Origin: an uncultured Gammaproteobacteria bacterium
Lineage (GTDB): Bacteria; Patescibacteriota; Microgenomatia; UBA1406; HO2-37-13b
DNA length: 64,000 bases
Direction: 5' to 3'
Assembly (NCBI GenBank): GCA_964612595.1
Contig: CAZTFB010000001.1
Span: 131,058 to 195,057 of the forward strand
This document shows positions 56,562 to 64,000 of the stretch, one piece after another. Within the stretch, counting starts at the first letter, position 1. Every line of letters starts with the position of its first letter. A program made the translations under genes and the position numbers. The notes below the pieces were generated by a model. The model made no database searches. It had not been told where the DNA came from and saw only the letters and a program-made list of their open reading frames with translations.

Positions 56562-57716
56562 TTAGGGTGTTCCTCCTAGCTGACGAGACCAAAGACTTAT
56601 ACCATTTGGCATCTTCCCGACATTAATTTTGGCAATTTCTTTATCTGTCGCAGAATCAATCACAGAAACGTCATTACTTAATAAATTAGTAAGGTATGCT
56701 CGCTTACCATCATAAGAGACAACTACGCCATGTGGAGCAACACCCGCTTGAATACGTTGGACAACTTCTCTATTTTGAACATCAATCTTATATACATAAT
56801 CACTGGTCGGTTTGCCAAAATAATATCCCTGGTCAGCGACATAAAGATATTTACCATCGGGAGTTGCGTATAATTGGATAGGACCCTCGGCTTCAGGAGG
56901 CAACTGTGCATAGTAAATTTCTTGCGTTACTGTATTGTAGAACGCCACTTGTTTTGTATCATAAACCGACGCGGCAATATATGAACTATTGGGAATTATT
57001 GCAGTTTGGACAACGATTCCACCAAGCGGAACCGTCTTTACCGTATTCGATTCGGTATCAATTATTCCAAGCCCTTTTCCTTCGATAAAAGCTACATACG
57101 CTGTTGCATCATCTGGAGCAAGCCTCAATCCGTGAGGTTGTGAATCTTTTGTTAGGGGAATGGTTTTCTCGATTTCAAATGTTGTACCATTTATCCGATA
57201 TACCAATCCTGTTTCTTGGGCGGTGGCAAAAATGCTATCTCCAGCGCGAGTTACCACAATGTGTGCTAAATGCTGATCTGATCCAACATCAATCCGTTTC
57301 ATAATTGCATCTTTTTGAGGATCAATAACGATTATTTGGTCTGGAAAGAGTTTTTTCTCAACTATTTTCTCAGGCATCGCTTGCTCATTATGATCACCAA
57401 AACCAGTAAAATTAGCAGTCACCCAAACAGATTTTCCGTCAGGGGCGACCTGCACATTGTGTGCCGAGTAACTGATCATTTGCCCGTCCTTATTCTCAGT
57501 CAGATCAATCTCTCCAAGCAGTGAATTATCACTTGTGTCGACTACCGCTATTGCGCCATCTTCCTCTAAAGCAATATACAATTTTTCTGTGGATTGACTA
57601 CTCTTAACTGTAGATGAGTTTAGACTTGATATCTGATCAGACAAAAAAACGAATGAGAAAACAATCACAATGAAGATAATTGATAAGACTAAAAAGGGAG
57701 ATTTGAATTGATTCAT
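56562..57716 (-). CDS. YVTN/YncE-like beta-propeller repeat protein, exported
   Basis: 384 aa. N-terminal TM/signal sequence, repeated ..YVA/YLTN..VSVID.. units. Confidence 0.75.
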   Translation of the reverse strand: MNQFKSPFLVLSIIFIVIVFSFVFLSDQISSLNSSTVKSSQSTEKLYIALEEDGAIAVVDTSDNSLLGEIDLTENKDGQMISYSAHNVQVAPDGKSVWVTANFTGFGDHNEQAMPEKIVEKKLFPDQIIVIDPQKDAIMKRIDVGSDQHLAHIVVTRAGDSIFATAQETGLVYRINGTTFEIEKTIPLTKDSQPHGLRLAPDDATAYVAFIEGKGLGIIDTESNTVKTVPLGGIVVQTAIIPNSSYIAASVYDTKQVAFYNTVTQEIYYAQLPPEAEGPIQLYATPDGKYLYVADQGYYFGKPTSDYVYKIDVQNREVVQRIQAGVAPHGVVVSYDGKRAYLTNLLSNDVSVIDSATDKEIAKINVGKMPNGISLWSRQLGGTP

Positions 57717-57985
57717 TGTGATTTTTTGAATACTTGCATAACTTCTTTTATAGCGATATCTTTTTTACCTTTGCCAATAGCATCAGCTACACATTTCTGT
57801 AAATGATTCTCAAGCATCAGATTATCTGCCTCTTTAAGAGCCTTCTGAATGGCCTGGGACTGATGAAGCACATCAATACAGTATTCATTTTCTTCGACCA
57901 TCTTAATGACTTTGGAAAGATGTCCCCGTGTTATTTTAAGCCGGTGAAGTATTCGCTCTTGTGTGTCTTTAGGTCTGTATGTCAT
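57713..57985 (-). CDS. csoR: CsoR-family copper-sensing repressor
   Basis: 90 aa. RLKITRGHLSKVIKMVEENEYCIDVLHQSQAIQKAL..LQKCV, with the C-H-C ligand positions. Confidence 0.88.
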   Translation of the reverse strand: MTYRPKDTQERILHRLKITRGHLSKVIKMVEENEYCIDVLHQSQAIQKALKEADNLMLENHLQKCVADAIGKGKKDIAIKEVMQVFKKSQ

Positions 57986-57988
57986 ATA

Positions 57989-58007
57989 TATCCCCCTTAT
58001 GGGGATA
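57989..58007. promoter_or_regulatory. CsoR-type operator: TATCCCC-N5-GGGGATA
   Basis: G/C tracts in an AT-rich pseudo-palindrome between the -10 element and the csoR ATG (57985), as in described CsoR operators. Confidence 0.6.
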
Positions 58008-58036
58008 ATATACTACATATTGTAGTTAGATGTCAA
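58007..58036 (-). promoter_or_regulatory. csoR promoter TTGACA-N18-TATATT with a perfect palindrome ACTACATATTGTAGT (58012-58026) in the spacer
   Basis: -35 at 58036-58031, -10 at 58012-58007. The palindrome shares a 14-mer with the site at 61529-61543. Confidence 0.6.
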
Positions 58037-58051
58037 GTATGCTATCTTGCA

Positions 58052-58267
58052 TTAGTTAACGGCCTCAGCAGTATACTCGAGAGATTCAAATACAAGAAGA
58101 ATTTTTTCGAGGGTAGTCTTTTGGGGATCAAACGAAACAACTGTTTGTTGTTTTGCGTAGTTTGTCGTTGCGTTTGAAACTCCGTCTATATCTTCCAGCT
58201 CAAAATCGATATTCATGGCGCAGCTCGTACAATGCATACCCGTGATTTTAAGAGTGACTGTTTTCAT
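58052..58267 (-). CDS. copZ: CopZ-like copper chaperone (HMA domain)
   Basis: 71 aa. MKTVTLKITGMHCTSCAMNI. Confidence 0.9.
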   Translation of the reverse strand: MKTVTLKITGMHCTSCAMNIDFELEDIDGVSNATTNYAKQQTVVSFDPQKTTLEKILLVFESLEYTAEAVN

Positions 58268-58272
58268 ATCTC

Positions 58273-59310
58273 TTAAATAACATTTATTGATCCTCGATAC
58301 ATTCCCATGCTACACATAAAAGCGAGTGGTCCGGGAGTAGAGGGGGCCGTAAATTCTATCGTATCTGATTTACCAATAGGAATAACTGATTGTAAGTTCA
58401 TTGTGGGAATAGTAAATGACTGTATACATCCGCCGCCACCCTGGTTTACAATATTAAACTTTACCTTAGAACCGGCTTTTACATTCACCGTTTCCGGTTC
58501 TGTTCGGTAGCCACCTTGGGTGATAATAATTTTTGCTTCACTCACTGTATCTGTAGCTGTTGCAGCTCCTGCGATTGCATCATTGTCACAAATACTGATT
58601 GTGCATTTTACCTCAGCAAATATGTTTTCAAGCGTAAACGAGCTTCCTGTGAGTGCAATGGCACCATTAAGATTGTAAATGGCAATGAGGATAATGGCTG
58701 CGGCTGCGATTTTGTTAAACGTCTGGCTCGCAGATGTTCCGAGTCGTTTTGCTGCGTATCCTAAAATAAAGAACAAAGGTGATGTTCCCAGTATAAAAGT
58801 AAACATGGTAACTGCTCCCGCCAGTGGCGAACCTGTCGTTATGGCGTAAGCCATCATGGCTTGTGTTGCCCCGCAGGGAATAAGTACCGTCATCGCCCCA
58901 AGAATAGCCGGTCCAAACAGCGCTTTACTTTTTGACTGGTTCTTTATTAATCGAGTCAGGAATTTTGGTGGTTGGATTACAAAGTAGCGAAAAATCGGAT
59001 GAGCGTTGAGCAAGTTTAGCGCAGTGCCGATCATAAATAGTGCCACAACGAACTGTAAGATTACTCGGGTAGAAAGCGATAACTGGAATACCGATCCCAG
59101 TGACCCGAGTAATAATCCTAGTAATGTGTAGGCGATCAGGCGAGTTACGAGAAATGAAAGAATAGGAACTGCGTGTCCTTTCATAGCCTCATCCTTTAAC
59201 TTATCTGACTCTTGCTGAGCTATTGAGGAGGCAAGGAGTCCTCCCTGCACAGCTAAGCAGGTGAGTCCTCCTGCAAACAGTCCGGTTATAAAAATTGTCG
59301 TAATATCCAT
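58273..59310 (-). CDS. TauE/SafE-like permease fused to a C-terminal cupredoxin-like domain
   Basis: 345 aa. Polytopic N-terminal 230 aa, then ..KAGSKVKFNIVNQGGGGCIQSFTIP..LAFMCSMGMYRGSINV (C..C..M ligand-like pattern). Confidence 0.72.
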   Translation of the reverse strand: MDITTIFITGLFAGGLTCLAVQGGLLASSIAQQESDKLKDEAMKGHAVPILSFLVTRLIAYTLLGLLLGSLGSVFQLSLSTRVILQFVVALFMIGTALNLLNAHPIFRYFVIQPPKFLTRLIKNQSKSKALFGPAILGAMTVLIPCGATQAMMAYAITTGSPLAGAVTMFTFILGTSPLFFILGYAAKRLGTSASQTFNKIAAAAIILIAIYNLNGAIALTGSSFTLENIFAEVKCTISICDNDAIAGAATATDTVSEAKIIITQGGYRTEPETVNVKAGSKVKFNIVNQGGGGCIQSFTIPTMNLQSVIPIGKSDTIEFTAPSTPGPLAFMCSMGMYRGSINVI

Positions 59311-59332
59311 AGGTTATATATTATATCGTATC

Positions 59333-60085
59333 TTACGATCCCAATGCCTTATCGATCATTGGTTTTACCTGATCGAATGGCAATGCACCATTAATAAATT
59401 GGGTTTCACCTTTCCCATCTATAATGATAGTACCAGGTGTTCCGGAAACTCCTTCTTCTGTCCCTTTTGCCATCTGATCCTTTACTTTTTGTGCCATTTC
59501 ATCGCTGTCTAGACAACTCTGAACTGCTTGTTTGCTTGCTCCAGCTTCAGCACCGAGATCTGCAAGTTTATCCAGTGCGAACCCAGTTCCATTTGATGTT
59601 GTTCGCTCGTAGTACAGATCTGTAAATTTCCAAAATGCTTCATTTCCTGCTAACTTTCCAACACACTCTGAGGCCTCTGCAGCTTTCTGGGCATTAGCAT
59701 GGAATGAAAGAGGAAAATGCCTGTATACCCACTTGACTTTATCTCCGTATTCTTTCATGACTTGTGTCATAGTGGGGTGAAACCGCTGACAAAACGGACA
59801 CTCAAAATCGGAATATTCAACTAAAGTGACTTTTGCATTTTCACCACCACGAAACCAGTCCTTATCTGTAACTTCGGGCTTTTTCGCAGCCTTTTGAGGA
59901 GCTTCTGGTTGCGTACCACTATCGGGAGCATTACCGGCCTGTTGTGGGTTAGTTCCACCAGCTGACCCACCTTTTTCAAGATAATTTACTTTTGTCCACA
60001 AGGAACCAATAACGAATGCCGCCACAATAAGCATGACGACAATAATAGTATTACTGTTAACACGAATTTTCTTCTGTTCTGACAT
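59333..60085 (-). CDS. Membrane-anchored DsbA-family thiol:disulfide oxidoreductase
   Basis: 250 aa. TM anchor, DFECPFCQRFHP. Confidence 0.85.
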   Translation of the reverse strand: MSEQKKIRVNSNTIIVVMLIVAAFVIGSLWTKVNYLEKGGSAGGTNPQQAGNAPDSGTQPEAPQKAAKKPEVTDKDWFRGGENAKVTLVEYSDFECPFCQRFHPTMTQVMKEYGDKVKWVYRHFPLSFHANAQKAAEASECVGKLAGNEAFWKFTDLYYERTTSNGTGFALDKLADLGAEAGASKQAVQSCLDSDEMAQKVKDQMAKGTEEGVSGTPGTIIIDGKGETQFINGALPFDQVKPMIDKALGS

Positions 60086-60110
60086 AATTATTTATAAAAC
60101 TAATAAAGTT

Positions 60111-60146
60111 ACTACAAAATGTAGTAAATTTATTCCTCAATGTCAA
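60111..60146 (-). promoter_or_regulatory. Promoter TTGACA-N17-TACATT overlapped by the perfect palindrome TTACTACA-AAA-TGTAGTAA
   Basis: -35 at 60146-60141, -10 at 60123-60118, 15-bp core box at 60111-60125. Upstream of the dsbA-tauE/cupredoxin-copZ genes. Confidence 0.65.
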
Positions 60147-60158
60147 GGGGTCAAATTA

Positions 60159-61160
60159 CTATAGTACCGACGCTGGACTATAGGGAATTGATTTATTTAG
60201 AGCTGGGCTCATGCGTTGCATTTCTTGTATGTTCGCCTTGCACTGCGTGACACATTGCTCGTTATTTGCACATACCATAATTGCATCCTGCCCGTTTTCA
60301 TGAAATTCAATAGCATGTACTGGCGCTACTATCAGACCTAGTAAAACAAGAATTGAAAAAAGACTCAGGGCACTATTTTTTAGTGAATATTGCGAAATAA
60401 ATTGCTTTTTCAAGAATAGTGACTCTATTCTTGCCTGTAGGGTGTCTTCTGCAGCAAGTGTTGGAAAATACGCAAATGCAGGTTGTGGATTTCTTAGAAG
60501 TTTCTTAAGAACTGCAGATACAACCTGGTGATTACCTCCCTCAGATGCATATTCATCAGCTGCAATTTCACGTTCTATTCTAAAATTATTGACTAAATTA
60601 GAGAGTATAGGAATTAATGGAAATGTACTCTGAACAATATGAGCGAACAGAATTGATCGATTATCATTGTGCATGAGGTGATGTTTTTCGTGCTTAAGAA
60701 TAACCTCAAGTTCACGAGTAGAGGTTATGGAAAGAAGGCCTGTTGAAATATATATTTCTGGTTTTAGTAGCCCGTAACACAATGCCAATGGCTGCTTATT
60801 TTTAATGATGTGTACTCTACTTAGTAAACCAAGCTTTTGTATAAGTTTGTCCAATCTGGATGAGTGTTGTGTTATTTTTTGCTGTGTTAAATTTCTAGCA
60901 ACAATTATGAGTTGGACGATTGTCATAGTAAACCTCACACCAACTAGCGTAAGAACAAAAATTACTGGTACAAGGAAGACAACATTAGAATTTTGGGGTA
61001 AACTGTGATTGGTAAACGACTTAATAATTTCTTGACAGTAAAAAATAGTTGAATGAAAAAGAAATGGTGCGTATTTTTGCACCAGTATCCCAAGAAGCCC
61101 GACAAGCACTAAGAAAAGTAAAACTATTTGAAGAATATGATTATTTGCTTTCTTTTTCAT
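60159..61160 (-). CDS. BlaR1-like M56 peptidase lacking a penicillin-binding sensor domain
   Basis: Start probably at ATG 61160 (MKKKANNHIL..). HEKHH zinc motif (ILKHEKHHLMHND), 4-5 TM segments. Only ~55 aa follow the last TM segment, containing C-x5-C-x3-C. Confidence 0.8.
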   Translation of the reverse strand: MKKKANNHILQIVLLFLVLVGLLGILVQKYAPFLFHSTIFYCQEIIKSFTNHSLPQNSNVVFLVPVIFVLTLVGVRFTMTIVQLIIVARNLTQQKITQHSSRLDKLIQKLGLLSRVHIIKNKQPLALCYGLLKPEIYISTGLLSITSTRELEVILKHEKHHLMHNDNRSILFAHIVQSTFPLIPILSNLVNNFRIEREIAADEYASEGGNHQVVSAVLKKLLRNPQPAFAYFPTLAAEDTLQARIESLFLKKQFISQYSLKNSALSLFSILVLLGLIVAPVHAIEFHENGQDAIMVCANNEQCVTQCKANIQEMQRMSPALNKSIPYSPASVL

Positions 61161-61524
61161 ATTGTTCAAGTTGTTGTATAAAATAGTCTCTTTTTTTCTT
61201 AGGGAGTTGATCGACGGATTGCGCAAATGAAGCGATCGCAGCGTCTCCAAATGATCGAATAAATTTAGTTAAAAAAGACTGCGCAACGGTTTTACTCATT
61301 GTCTCTTTTGAGAGAGTTGGAACATACGTTGCGGCAAATTTCTCACCCTGTTTTCTTATAGCTCCCTTTTCACTGAGGCGTGTGATTATTGTAGCAACTG
61401 TAGTATATGCCAAGGATTTTTCTTTACTTACCCGATTCACAACATCACGTATCGTACACTCACCCAACTCCCAAATAATTTCCATTACCTCCAATTCCAG
61501 TTTGCTAAGTGGTTTTATTTTCAT
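61141..61524 (-). CDS. BlaI/MecI/CopY-family winged-helix repressor
   Basis: 127 aa. LSKLELEVMEIIWELGECTIRDVVNRV..AYTTVATIITRLSEKGAIRK. No C-terminal CxCxxxxCxC copper motif. Confidence 0.88.
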   Translation of the reverse strand: MKIKPLSKLELEVMEIIWELGECTIRDVVNRVSKEKSLAYTTVATIITRLSEKGAIRKQGEKFAATYVPTLSKETMSKTVAQSFLTKFIRSFGDAAIASFAQSVDQLPKKKRDYFIQQLEQYEKESK

Positions 61525-61528
61525 GGTT

Positions 61529-61564
61529 ACTACATATTGTAGATAAGAATAATTGTGATTGCAA
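61529..61564 (-). promoter_or_regulatory. blaI-like gene promoter TTGCAA-N17-TACAAT overlapped by the ACTACATATTGTAGA box
   Basis: -35 at 61564-61559, -10 at 61541-61536, box at 61529-61543. Only 11 nt lie between the -10 element and the ATG, implying a very short or absent leader. Confidence 0.65.
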
Positions 61565-61575
61565 GTTAGAACTGT

Positions 61576-62019
61576 ATGTTACCTAATTTTTATTTCACAA
61601 AAATTCTTAAAGATAATTATGACTTGCTAAGTGGGATAAAAAAGCAAGCTGAGTTGTATAATAAATACATGACAAACTTGGAGATGTTCGCTTCATATAT
61701 TTTTGTAATTCAACTCGCTCATTCATTTGAAGAACTTATTACAGGATTTCATAAAAGATGGTATTTATTTAAAATGCCATTTAGATTATTTCTTGGATTC
61801 GAGTTGTTGTTTAATTTATTCTGGGCTTTGGTACTATTTTCAAGACAATTTCCAGCCCGAGAGCAATTATTAGCCTTTTTTATCGTATTAATGTTTGCAA
61901 ATGGAATTCAACATATTGTTTGGTTTGCTTTAGAAAAGAAATATGTGCCGGGTCTGATAACAGCACCTATGCACGTTATTTTGTTTCTGGTTTACTACTA
62001 TCAAGTGATTTTTGGATAA
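61576..62019 (+). CDS. HXXEE-domain membrane protein
   Basis: 147 aa. AHSFEELITGFHK, 4 hydrophobic segments. Confidence 0.65.
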   Translation: MLPNFYFTKILKDNYDLLSGIKKQAELYNKYMTNLEMFASYIFVIQLAHSFEELITGFHKRWYLFKMPFRLFLGFELLFNLFWALVLFSRQFPAREQLLAFFIVLMFANGIQHIVWFALEKKYVPGLITAPMHVILFLVYYYQVIFG

Positions 62020-62037
62020 GAAAATAAATTTTCGAAA

Positions 62038-62766
62038 TCACGAAATAACTATTTCATTTTGCTTCATTTCTTCGACTAATTTAACCAATAATTCCGGAAG
62101 GCTCTCGTCTGTCTCTTTTAATTTTTTGATATATCTAGATACATAGTCAAATGGTTTCTCCAGACATATGATTACCACCCCGGCATTAAGATTAGATCCC
62201 TCATCATCAAAAAATTCGAGGTATGCAGAAATTCTTTTTCTGATTGCATAACGAGGGGTAGATTCGTCAATAAGCTCGTGTAATGTATATGAGTTTTGTT
62301 TTAAGTCTACAATGACGTAATCAGGCTTAAGATCACGCATAAGACTGTTTGGACTAAAGTCCGACTGCGTGTAGAACTGGTACTCAGAGGCTGTATTTGA
62401 GGTTTTTAGTAAGAATTGGATATACCTGTCAGCAATAAACAAACAGTATTCAATAAATGCCAGTGAGCGTGTACGGTCTTTGTATAATCGTCTGATGTCA
62501 GGCTTATGGATCTCAGGCAACGTACGCAAGTATTTTATCCCTTGTTTGGATAGGTAGTATCGAGCTGGAATCGTATTTTCTGTCCATGACCGTTTGAATA
62601 TACGACCGATATATTGTTTTTCTGTGAGGTCTTTGAGCCAGTTGTTTATGGTGATGGGTGTTTTGTGATGAAGGAGTGTTTGGATGTGGTATCTGTTTAA
62701 GAATCTGAATCGGTAGAGTAGTCGAATGATCTCTTGTTGTTTTTTACTAATATGAGTTTGTAGCAT
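62038..62766 (-). CDS. Replication-relaxation family protein
   Basis: From ATG 62766: MLQTHISKKQQEIIRLLYRFRFLNRYHIQTLL.. is the typical N-terminal wHTH of this family. The track start at 62805 is a GTG extension. Confidence 0.7.
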   Translation of the reverse strand: MLQTHISKKQQEIIRLLYRFRFLNRYHIQTLLHHKTPITINNWLKDLTEKQYIGRIFKRSWTENTIPARYYLSKQGIKYLRTLPEIHKPDIRRLYKDRTRSLAFIEYCLFIADRYIQFLLKTSNTASEYQFYTQSDFSPNSLMRDLKPDYVIVDLKQNSYTLHELIDESTPRYAIRKRISAYLEFFDDEGSNLNAGVVIICLEKPFDYVSRYIKKLKETDESLPELLVKLVEEMKQNEIVIS

Positions 62767-63045
62767 AGTGATAACCCACCTGTAATCCTCCCTATTATAT
62801 AGCACTATGGAGGATTTGTATGTCTTTCCTTATTTATAAGAATAAAGAGGAGAAGAAATAATAACGATTCGTGCGTGAGATGAGAGTATTTTTACTATAA
62901 AGGGCTATAGCAAAGTAACTCGATTGTTGGTATAGCTTGAAAGGGTAATTTAGCCTCCTTAAAAAGAAAAGATAAATTTATCAGTCGATCATTCTGCTAT
63001 CAAATCGGCCGTCTTTGTAATATAATCCATACCAAATAAATACCT

Positions 63046-64000
63046 ATGGAGGGAAAAATAATCAATGGATATAAAATAGAGGAATTTATCGGAAAAGGTC
63101 ATTTCGGCGAGGTGTATCGTGCTGTTAAGGGAACAGATGTGTATGCAATAAAATTTATCCGTAGTGATTTCATATACAAAGATATTCAGGATAAAAGGTT
63201 TACAAGAGAAGTCTCTGCACTACAAAAGGTGAATAGCCAATATGCGGTCAAGATCTTTGAAGATGGGGAACATGTAGAAGGAAATACACCCTATAGAATG
63301 ATAGTAATGGAATATGTATCAGGAGAAACCCTTAGAGAAATAAGAAACAAAGATGGACAACCTTGGAAACAACAAGCGTCAGTGGATCTGATTACAGAGA
63401 TCTTGAATGGACTTCGCGATATCCATCAAGCTGGAATAATACACAGAGATCTTAAACCTGAAAATATTAAAATCAGCAGCAAAGGGCATATAAAAATACT
63501 AGATTATGGTCTAGCTAAGATAATTGACTATTCATCCATTACTCAGACTGGTGTACCTTTGGGGACCTTCTTTTACATGTCGCCTGAGCAAGCAAAAGGC
63601 GATAAACCTCTTCAACCTGGTACAGACTTTTATTCGATAGGTGTAATGCTCTACGAACTTCTTACTGGGAAGATCTTGTTTTACCCATCAACGGACGCTC
63701 AAATTATTCACAAAACTATAAATGTTAAGCCTCCTTATCCTTCATTAATCAACCCTTCTATACCCAATTATGTTGAGAATGTAATCTTAAAGCTTCTAAG
63801 CAAAGAGGTTTTCCAAAGATATAGCTCGATTGATGAGATTATTCATGCATTAACACATGAGCCCAGTGAAAGAACTGCCGAATTGGCTGAGAGAGTTGAA
63901 TTTTACCCAAGAATTATTCCGAATGATACTGCAATTTTAGAAGATTATCTTATTCATAATAAGCTGGATGGCGTTGATTTTCCAACTAATTTACACTTTT
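63046..64000 (+). CDS. Ser/Thr protein kinase (Hanks-type), 3' end beyond the right window edge
   Basis: Not in the track because the frame stays open to the edge. IGKGHFGEVYRA, AIKFI, HRDLKPENIKI, DYG (in place of DFG), SPE. The kinase domain ends near 63830 and is followed by an unrecognised extension. Confidence 0.9.
   Translation, partial: MEGKIINGYKIEEFIGKGHFGEVYRAVKGTDVYAIKFIRSDFIYKDIQDKRFTREVSALQKVNSQYAVKIFEDGEHVEGNTPYRMIVMEYVSGETLREIRNKDGQPWKQQASVDLITEILNGLRDIHQAGIIHRDLKPENIKISSKGHIKILDYGLAKIIDYSSITQTGVPLGTFFYMSPEQAKGDKPLQPGTDFYSIGVMLYELLTGKILFYPSTDAQIIHKTINVKPPYPSLINPSIPNYVENVILKLLSKEVFQRYSSIDEIIHALTHEPSERTAELAERVEFYPRIIPNDTAILEDYLIHNKLDGVDFPTNLHF

Larger units (their letters stand above)
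17137..62805. mobile_element. Composite integrative/conjugative accessory region (boundaries approximate; right end may lie beyond the window)
   Basis: Housekeeping synteny ends at holA. The region contains two intact and one decayed large serine recombinase genes, RM/defence genes, a T4SS module, metal-resistance cargo and a replication-relaxation-family gene. Confidence 0.6.

Noticed and set aside
56557-61250. Longest-ORF starts for copA (56592), the M56 protease (61250), DsrE-like (48268), the 269-aa T4SS tail gene (39941) and replication-relaxation (62805)
   Set aside because: Internal ATGs have better RBS sequences, remove long overlaps with upstream genes and restore family-typical N-termini (for example [16 protein letters not shown]). 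The extended starts are probably artefacts of the longest-ORF rule or of non-ATG starts.
1-64000. Host-wide TGA recoding (code 4/25), prompted by the TGA-only interruptions at 17871-18095
   Set aside because: Well-supported host and element genes terminate at TGA (uvrB 1989-1991, eno 9423-9425, res 35332-35334). Long ORFs are intact under the standard code.
1-64000. CRISPR arrays, rRNA genes, IS elements with terminal inverted repeats
   Set aside because: No spaced direct repeats, rRNA-like conserved blocks or transposase ORFs were seen on either strand.

Overview
Low-GC (roughly 35-40%) bacterial window with very compact gene packing. It looks like a small-genome, Patescibacteria/CPR-like host; this is inference only. 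The host uses the standard genetic code: TGA terminates uvrB, eno and res.

Positions 1-17136 are ordinary chromosome: uvrA (partial, runs off the left edge), uvrB, rsmI, acsA, a PfkB sugar kinase, gpmI-eno-ppsA, a PMI-like cupin, an IMPase-family phosphatase, a phosphomanno/glucomutase and a short holA.

From about 17.1 kb to at least 62.8 kb the DNA is accessory and reads as a composite of integrative/conjugative modules:
(i) a GC-rich non-coding patch, an orphan ORF and a decayed serine-recombinase gene;
(ii) a minus-strand block containing an AbiTii-like / trypco2-like / 2-TM gene trio;
(iii) large serine recombinase 1 with a defence block: an AlbA_2 protein, a DUF262-DUF1524-AlbA_2 GmrSD-like nuclease, and type III mod/res;
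(iv) large serine recombinase 2, an XRE regulator and a Gram-positive/CPR-style type IV secretion module (VirB2-, VirB6-, PrgI/VirB3- and VirB4-like proteins plus an M23 hydrolase);
(v) about 16 kb of copper/redox-stress cargo: a CDF transporter, two DsbA-like proteins, a DsrE-like protein, CopB-type and CopA-type P1B ATPases, a multicopper oxidase, a YVTN propeller, CsoR, CopZ, a TauE-cupredoxin fusion and a BlaI/BlaR1-like pair. A replication-relaxation-family gene and a partial Ser/Thr kinase follow.

A 15-bp palindrome (ACTACA-N3-TGTAGT) sits on four promoters in the copper cargo and appears to define a regulon. No rRNA, tRNA or CRISPR array was found.

All family assignments come from motifs read in the translations. 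No database search was run.
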